Shown here: piece by piece, positions 58,322-64,000 of the stretch
Layout of the letters: each line of letters starts with the position of its first letter
Position numbering within the stretch: position 1 is the first letter of the stretch
DNA from: Gemmatales bacterium
GTDB lineage: Bacteria; Planctomycetota; Planctomycetia; Gemmatales; HRBIN36
NCBI GenBank assembly: GCA_041640595.1
Contig: JBEPZY010000004.1
Coordinates: 64,001-128,000, forward strand
DNA length: 64,000 nt
Direction: 5' to 3'
Position numbers and translations under genes: made by a program
The notes under the pieces: model-generated
The model's input: the letters and a program-made list of their open reading frames with translations, nothing else
Database searches by the model: none
Told to the model about the DNA's origin: nothing

Positions 58322-59907
58322 GAAACCGAGCCGGTTGGTTGTTCGACGATTTCGTAAGTCCGCCGGTTACAGCCCTCCTGGTGCCGCAACGCCAGCTGAT
58401 AAAGGCGCTCTCCCGTCGGCGTAGGATAGCGACCGGTGATGCAGGCCTGGCACAGACGGTTAGCATCCATACCAATGCACCGCGCCACAGCTTCGATCGG
58501 CAGATAGAGCAAACTGTCCGCTCCCAATTCCGCCGCCATGCGTTGCAGTTCTTCCAGGGTTGGCCGAAGGCTTTGCAGATGTTTCGGGGCGAACAGTTCG
58601 TTCACCGTGGACATATCAATGCCGTAAAAACATGGGGCGACGATGGGCGGACAGGCCACGCGAACGTGAATTTCTCTGGCTCCGCCCCGACGACGCATCT
58701 CCTGCAGAAGTGCCTTCATCGTGGTGCTGCGAACAATCGTGTCTTCCACCAGTAAAACGCGCTTGCCTTCCAGAACTTCCCGCAACGGGGTGTATTTCAT
58801 CCGCGCTCGCGTCGCCCGATCTTCGCCTTGGATGAAGGTTCGGCCGACATAGCGGTTGCGCATCAGGCCTTCAACCGAGGGCAAGCCCAGCTCATAAGCC
58901 ATCGCATCCGCGGCGGCTTTACCGGTATCCGGAACGGGCACGACTATCGTGTTGCTGTCCAGCGGCACCAGACCGAGTCGTTTCTCCTGCCAGGCCAGTT
59001 CGCGTCCCAGGGCACATCGCACGCTGTACACACCGCGGCCTTCAATGCTGCTTGCGGCATTGGCGAAATAAATCCATTCGAAGAAACAATGGGCTGTCGT
59101 CTTGCTGCGGGCGAAGTATTCCAGGCGAACCTCGTTGTCCTGGATGATGATCATCTGCCCGGGTTCAACATCGCGGATATCGGTAAAACCGAGATTACTG
59201 AGGGCAACGCTTTCACTGGCGGCAGCGAAAAGCGGGCCGTCTATCGCATACACCAGCGGGCGAAAACCCAGCGGATCCCGCGCCACTACCATGTCGCCTC
59301 GTGCGTTGAGATAAACGATGTTGTAGGCTCCTTCGAAGCGCTGGCTCAGATTGTGGAACACTTCCACCAGGTCCGGTTCCTGGTCGCCGCGCAGCTCGTA
59401 ACTGAGATAGTGCATGATCACTTCCGTGTCCGTATCGCGGGTCAGATGATAATCCCGCTGCGACAACAACTCGTTTTTCAACTCCTGGTAGTTGGCCAGC
59501 TGACCGTTGAAAGCGAAGCTGAACCATTTCCATCGGCAACCGTGATAGCGCTGGAACGGCTGGGCGTAACTTTTTTTATCGCTGCCGCAGGTGGCGTAAC
59601 GCACATGCCCGATGGCTGCATACCCGGCATACTGCTGCATCAGCGACTCGAACTTGCCGCGATGGTTCAGCCGCAGTGCCTCGATCACCGTGCCGATGTC
59701 TTTGTAGGTATCGAGCAATTTCTCGCGGTGGGGATTGAAGGTGGTGATTCCTGCGGCCAGTTGACCGCGATTCTGCAAATCCAGCAACATGCGCGGCATG
59801 AGGCGTACGATTTGTTCACGACCACCCGGAGGGGCGAGCGCACTGCGTTCCGGTCGGTCGAGATAATACAGGGCTGCAATGCCGCACTCGTGCTGCAGGC
59901 AAAGCAT
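58318..59907 (-). CDS. purF: Amidophosphoribosyltransferase
   Basis: Short propeptide then [41 protein letters not shown]. Confidence 0.95.
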   Translation of the reverse strand: MLCLQHECGIAALYYLDRPERSALAPPGGREQIVRLMPRMLLDLQNRGQLAAGITTFNPHREKLLDTYKDIGTVIEALRLNHRGKFESLMQQYAGYAAIGHVRYATCGSDKKSYAQPFQRYHGCRWKWFSFAFNGQLANYQELKNELLSQRDYHLTRDTDTEVIMHYLSYELRGDQEPDLVEVFHNLSQRFEGAYNIVYLNARGDMVVARDPLGFRPLVYAIDGPLFAAASESVALSNLGFTDIRDVEPGQMIIIQDNEVRLEYFARSKTTAHCFFEWIYFANAASSIEGRGVYSVRCALGRELAWQEKRLGLVPLDSNTIVVPVPDTGKAAADAMAYELGLPSVEGLMRNRYVGRTFIQGEDRATRARMKYTPLREVLEGKRVLLVEDTIVRSTTMKALLQEMRRRGGAREIHVRVACPPIVAPCFYGIDMSTVNELFAPKHLQSLRPTLEELQRMAAELGADSLLYLPIEAVARCIGMDANRLCQACITGRYPTPTGERLYQLALRHQEGCNRRTYEIVEQPTGSVS

Positions 59908-60102
59908 AGACGTTTCCCGTGAGGGCGCTGGTCTCCGCGTGAAATTATATTGGCCACACGCCAATTCGCTGTCGGTTGTTCTCCAGGCTGTTCCTGGCCA
60001 GACCGCAAACCCGTTCACTACGCTTACTACAACAGCATCCGATATCGGCACCAGGAAGCTGGCCCCACAGAGAAATTTTCCACTAAAGTATCAAGCAAGG
60101 CT

Positions 60103-60927
60103 ATGAAAATCTGGCTTCTGGGAAATGGTGCCCGGCCCGGTGTCGCCGAATGGGCGGAGCGCATCCGCGCTTTACTGGGAGAACGGGTCACCGTCTTCGA
60201 CCTGACAGGGCAAGCTGATCTGGCACAGTCAGAGGCGGACGTCGCACTGGTGATCGGCGGCGACGGTGCCATTCTCCGCGCTGCCAGGCAAATGGCTTAT
60301 CGTCAGCGTCCGGTTCTCGGTTTGAATCTGGGTCGGCTTGGGTTTTTAGCCGAGGTGTCGCCGCAGGAATTTCTGCAACATCCGGAACAGTTCCTCGCTG
60401 GCCAATTCAGCGTGTCGCGGCATGTGATGTACGAATGCACGGTCACCTCACCCGCCGACCAGCGCACTATCCTGGGATTGAACGAGATTGTCATTTACCA
60501 CGGCCCGCCATTTCATCTGATTGAAATTGAGCTGTACGTCGAGGAGGAACTGGCCGCCCGTTATAGCGGCGATGGTTTCATTTTGAGCACGCCCATCGGT
60601 TCCACCGGACATAATCTTTCCGCCGGAGGGCCGATCCTGCATCAGGAACTGGCGGCCTTCGTCGTAACCTACATTTGTCCGCACATGCTGACCAACCGCT
60701 CTCTCGTCGATCGTGCCGACAAATCCTACCGTATCCGCGTTCCTCGCTGCGGTCCGGGAACTACTTTGATTTTGGACGGGCAGGAAATTGTGCCGCTTTC
60801 GCCTCAGCACACAATCACTGTGCGTCAGGCACCGGTCTGGTTTCAGCTGGTTCACTTGCCTGGTCGCAGCTATTATCGTACTCTCCGCGACAAATTGCAC
60901 TGGAGTACGCCACCAGGACAGCATTAG
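60103..60927 (+). CDS. nadK: NAD kinase
   Basis: GGDG, GRLGFL, LNE, STPIGSTGHNLSAGGP. Confidence 0.95.
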   Translation: MKIWLLGNGARPGVAEWAERIRALLGERVTVFDLTGQADLAQSEADVALVIGGDGAILRAARQMAYRQRPVLGLNLGRLGFLAEVSPQEFLQHPEQFLAGQFSVSRHVMYECTVTSPADQRTILGLNEIVIYHGPPFHLIEIELYVEEELAARYSGDGFILSTPIGSTGHNLSAGGPILHQELAAFVVTYICPHMLTNRSLVDRADKSYRIRVPRCGPGTTLILDGQEIVPLSPQHTITVRQAPVWFQLVHLPGRSYYRTLRDKLHWSTPPGQH

Positions 60928-60938
60928 AGGAGTAGGCC

Positions 60939-62315
60939 ATGCTCAGCCGTAAATTCACCCTGTGTCTAGCCGCTACGCTGCTGGTCGTCCAGTCCGCGCG
61001 AGCTGAAGATCGCCCGCCGAACATCGTGCTGATCCTTGCCGACGACCTGGGCTGGGCGGACCTGAGTTGCTACGCTCCGTCGCTGTGGCAAACGCCCAAT
61101 CTCGACCGCCTGGCTCAGCAGGGTATCCGCTTCACCCACGCCTACGCCGCCAGTTGTGTCTGTTCGCCGACACGAGCCGCCCTGATGACCGGCCGGCATC
61201 CCGCACGCCTGCACCTGACCACCTTCCTACCGGGACGCAAAGATTTCCCCGATCAGAAACTGTTGCAGCCGACCATTCGCCAGCAATTGCCGCCGGAAGA
61301 AATCACCCTCGCCGAAGTGTTGAAAAAACGGGGTTACGTCTGCGGCCATTTCGGCAAGTGGCACCTCGGCGAAGGGCCAATGGTCAACCCACTCGCTCAG
61401 GGCTTCGACGTCTATAAAGGTTCCGCCGGTCGCTATTTCAACTTCAAAGGCCCCAACCTCGTCGCCCGTTCGGAGAAGGACTACCTTACCGACCGCCTGA
61501 CCGAAGAAGCGGAACGCTTCCTCGAAGAAAACCGCTCCCGGCCATTCTTCCTGTACCTGCCCCATTTCGCTGTGCACATCCCGTTGCAGGCTAAGGAAGA
61601 ACTGCTCGCCTTCTACCAGAAGAAAGCCGAGTCGGCGCCGGCCGAATTGTTGCGGAAGAATCCCTATTACGCCGCCGTGTTGCACAGCCTGGATGAAAGT
61701 GTGGGCCGCATCTTGCAGAAACTTGACGACTTGAAACTGACCGAGAACACCGTGGTGATTTTCACGTCCGATAACGGCGGGCTGTCGGTCAAAGAAGGGC
61801 CGAACACGCCAGCCACCTCCAATGCTCCGTTGCGAGCCGGCAAAGGGCATCTCTATGAAGGTGGCATTCGGGTACCGCTGTTGGTTCGCTGGCCGGGTGT
61901 GGTCAAGCCAGGGCGGGTCTGTTCGACACCGGTTCGCACCGAGGACCTGTTCCTGACCCTCGCAGAACTTGCTGGTGCCGAGTTGCCCAAAGACCGCGAA
62001 CTGGACGGTGTCAGCCTGTTGTCTCTGTTGCGCGGTCAAAGCGAATCCTTGCCACGCGAGTGCCTCTACTGGCACTTTCCGCATTACAGCAACCAGGGCG
62101 GCCAGCCCAGCGGTGCGATTCGGAGTGGCGACTGGAAGTTGATCGAGTTTTTCGAGGATGGCCGACTCGAATTGTACAACCTGCGCACCGACGAAGCGGA
62201 ACAGCACAATGTCGCCGACAAGCATCCCCAATTGCGGGACAAACTCCATCGTCAACTGGTGGAGTGGCGTCAGCGTCTGCAGGTGCAGATGCCCCAACCC
62301 CGCCCGAAGAATTGA
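60939..62315 (+). CDS. Secreted formylglycine-dependent (S1) sulfatase, copy 1
   Basis: Signal peptide, PNIVLILADDLG, CSPTR, GKWHLG, SDNGG, KGHLYEGGIRVP. Confidence 0.95.
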   Translation: MLSRKFTLCLAATLLVVQSARAEDRPPNIVLILADDLGWADLSCYAPSLWQTPNLDRLAQQGIRFTHAYAASCVCSPTRAALMTGRHPARLHLTTFLPGRKDFPDQKLLQPTIRQQLPPEEITLAEVLKKRGYVCGHFGKWHLGEGPMVNPLAQGFDVYKGSAGRYFNFKGPNLVARSEKDYLTDRLTEEAERFLEENRSRPFFLYLPHFAVHIPLQAKEELLAFYQKKAESAPAELLRKNPYYAAVLHSLDESVGRILQKLDDLKLTENTVVIFTSDNGGLSVKEGPNTPATSNAPLRAGKGHLYEGGIRVPLLVRWPGVVKPGRVCSTPVRTEDLFLTLAELAGAELPKDRELDGVSLLSLLRGQSESLPRECLYWHFPHYSNQGGQPSGAIRSGDWKLIEFFEDGRLELYNLRTDEAEQHNVADKHPQLRDKLHRQLVEWRQRLQVQMPQPRPKN

Positions 62316-63946
62316 TCGCCAGTCGCCCACACGTAAACTTGTGCACGCCAGTTACGCGCTGGCGACTGCATTTTGGTGAGCCCTCGACAAGTCAGAGGCG
62401 TGCCGCGACAGTAACAGAAATGATGCGAGGCCTGTATCGTGGTCGCGGCAACATACAGCGTCAACGGCACGAGAAGGTGGTTGGTTGAAAAAAGAGCACG
62501 AGATCAGACTCAGGCTCTGTCATATCGCAGGGGGACTTGCAATGCGTTTCAGTAGAACACTGCTCTGGCTGCTTGCGTCATTGGTAATGGCTCTAGCTGC
62601 GCGAGCTGAAGATCGCCCGCCGAACATCGTGCTGATCCTTGCCGACGACCTGGGCTGGGCGGACCTGAGCTGTTATGCCCCGTCGCTGTGGCAAACGCCG
62701 AATCTCGACCGCCTGGCTCAGCAGGGTATCCGTTTCACCCACGCCTACGCCGCCAGTTGTGTTTGTTCGCCGACGCGAGCCGCACTGATGACCGGCCGGC
62801 ATCCCGCACGCCTGCACCTGACAAACTACCTGCCGGGTCGTAAAGACGCCCCTGACCAGAAACTGTTGCAGCCGAGTATTCGCCAGCAATTGCCGCCTGA
62901 AGAAATCACCCTCGCCGAAGTGCTGAAAAAACGCGGATACGTCTGCGGCCATTTCGGCAAGTGGCACCTCGGCGAGGGGCCAGCGGTCAACCCGCTCGCC
63001 CAGGGCTTCGATGTTTACGTAGGGTTTGACCAAGGTTCCTCCCCAGGCGGCTATTTCAACTTCAAAGGTTCCAACCTCGTTGCTCGTTCGGACAAGGACT
63101 ACCTTACCGACCGCCTGACCGAAGAAGCGGAACGCTTCCTCGAAGAAAACCGCTCCCGGCCGTTTTTCCTGTACCTGCCCCATTTCGCCGTGCACATGCC
63201 CCTGCAGGCTAAGCAGGAACTGCTCGCTCTTTACCAGAAGAAGGCCAAATCTGCGCCGGCCGAGTTGTTGCGGAAGAATCCCTCTTACGCCGCCGTTTTG
63301 CACAGCCTGGATGAAAGTGTGGGCCGCATCTTGCAGAAACTTGACGAGTTGAAACTGACCGAGAACACCGTGGTGATTTTCACGTCCGATAACGGCGGGC
63401 TGGCAGAAAAAAGATGGCCAGCCACCTCCAACGCTCCGTTGCGAGCCGGCAAAGGGCATCTCTATGAAGGCGGCATTCGGGTACCGCTGTTGGTTCGCTG
63501 GCCGGGTGTGGTCAAGCCAGGGCGGGTCTGTTCGACACCGGTTCGCACCGAGGACCTGTTCCCGACCCTCGCAGAAATTGCCGGTGCCGAGTTGCCCAAA
63601 GACCGCGAACTGGACGGTGTCAGCCTGTTGTCCCTGTTCCGCGGTCAGAGTGAGACTCTTCCACGCGACTGCATGTACTGGCACTATCCGCATTATCACT
63701 ATAGCAGCAGAGAAGGCGGCCAGCCCAGCGGTGCGATTCGGAGTGGCGACTGGAAGTTGATCGAGTTTTTCGAGGATGGCCGGCTCGAATTGTACAACCT
63801 GCGCACCGACGAAGCGGAACAGCACAATGTTGCCGACAAGCATCCCCAGTTGCGGGACAAACTCCATCGTCAACTGGTGGAGTGGCGTCAGCGGCTGCAG
63901 GTGCAGATGCCCCAACCCCGCCCGAAGAATTGATCGCCAGTCGCCC
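60996..63946 (+). repeat. Tandem duplication of the sulfatase mature region
   Basis: 60996-62328 vs 62599-63946 near-identical over long tracts, extending 13 nt past both stop codons (TCGCCAGTCGCCC). Confidence 0.95.
62542..63933 (+). CDS. Secreted formylglycine-dependent (S1) sulfatase, copy 2
   Basis: Same motifs, different signal peptide; ATG at 62542. Confidence 0.95.
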   Translation: MRFSRTLLWLLASLVMALAARAEDRPPNIVLILADDLGWADLSCYAPSLWQTPNLDRLAQQGIRFTHAYAASCVCSPTRAALMTGRHPARLHLTNYLPGRKDAPDQKLLQPSIRQQLPPEEITLAEVLKKRGYVCGHFGKWHLGEGPAVNPLAQGFDVYVGFDQGSSPGGYFNFKGSNLVARSDKDYLTDRLTEEAERFLEENRSRPFFLYLPHFAVHMPLQAKQELLALYQKKAKSAPAELLRKNPSYAAVLHSLDESVGRILQKLDELKLTENTVVIFTSDNGGLAEKRWPATSNAPLRAGKGHLYEGGIRVPLLVRWPGVVKPGRVCSTPVRTEDLFPTLAEIAGAELPKDRELDGVSLLSLFRGQSETLPRDCMYWHYPHYHYSSREGGQPSGAIRSGDWKLIEFFEDGRLELYNLRTDEAEQHNVADKHPQLRDKLHRQLVEWRQRLQVQMPQPRPKN

Positions 63947-64000
63947 GCGCTTGTCGTGCTTCAACGAAGTGGATGTCGCTACGTAGAGTGCTGCTTGAAC

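Noticed and set aside
58828..59922. 364-aa plus-strand ORF opposite purF (similar ones lie opposite thiG, flgI, flgG and the DegT gene)
   Set aside because: Fully antisense to well-supported genes and no homology recognised.
61227..63915. Long antisense ORFs (367 aa and 440 aa) over the sulfatases
   Set aside because: Shadow frames of GC-biased coding sequence, duplicated along with the genes, with no recognisable motifs.

Overview
Gene-dense chromosomal window from a flagellated Gram-negative bacterium, most likely a planctomycete (Gemmatales-like). That is inferred from the zinc-finger Ser/Thr kinase, Uma2 and sulfatase paralogues, a CRTAC1 protein, a fused cytochrome b/c and an SHC-like cyclase. 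It holds housekeeping genes (tyrS 3' part, uppP, cls, purB, hemE, kdsB, queG, thiS-thiG fusion, yggS, argC, purF, nadK), three tRNAs (Leu-GAG, Gln-TTG, Glu-CTC), a flgF-G-A-H-I-J-N-K-L operon, motAB, a UbiD/MenG pair, a glgA-GH57-galT-GT4 cluster and a Rieske/cytochrome b-c pair. No integrase, transposase, reverse transcriptase or cas gene was seen. Best leads: (1) a MotB whose OmpA-like peptidoglycan-binding domain is replaced by an unrelated helical domain; (2) a Cys-rich DUF116-like domain fused to an isoprenyl diphosphate synthase next to an SHC-like cyclase, a possible uncharacterised terpenoid pathway; (3) tandem Uma2 genes with near-identical DNA ends around a divergent core, and tandem sulfatases differing mainly in short loops; (4) a ~70-bp-period palindromic repeat cluster at 49.2-49.4 kb; (5) a kinase interrupted by one in-frame TAA. 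All family calls come from motif recognition, not database searches.
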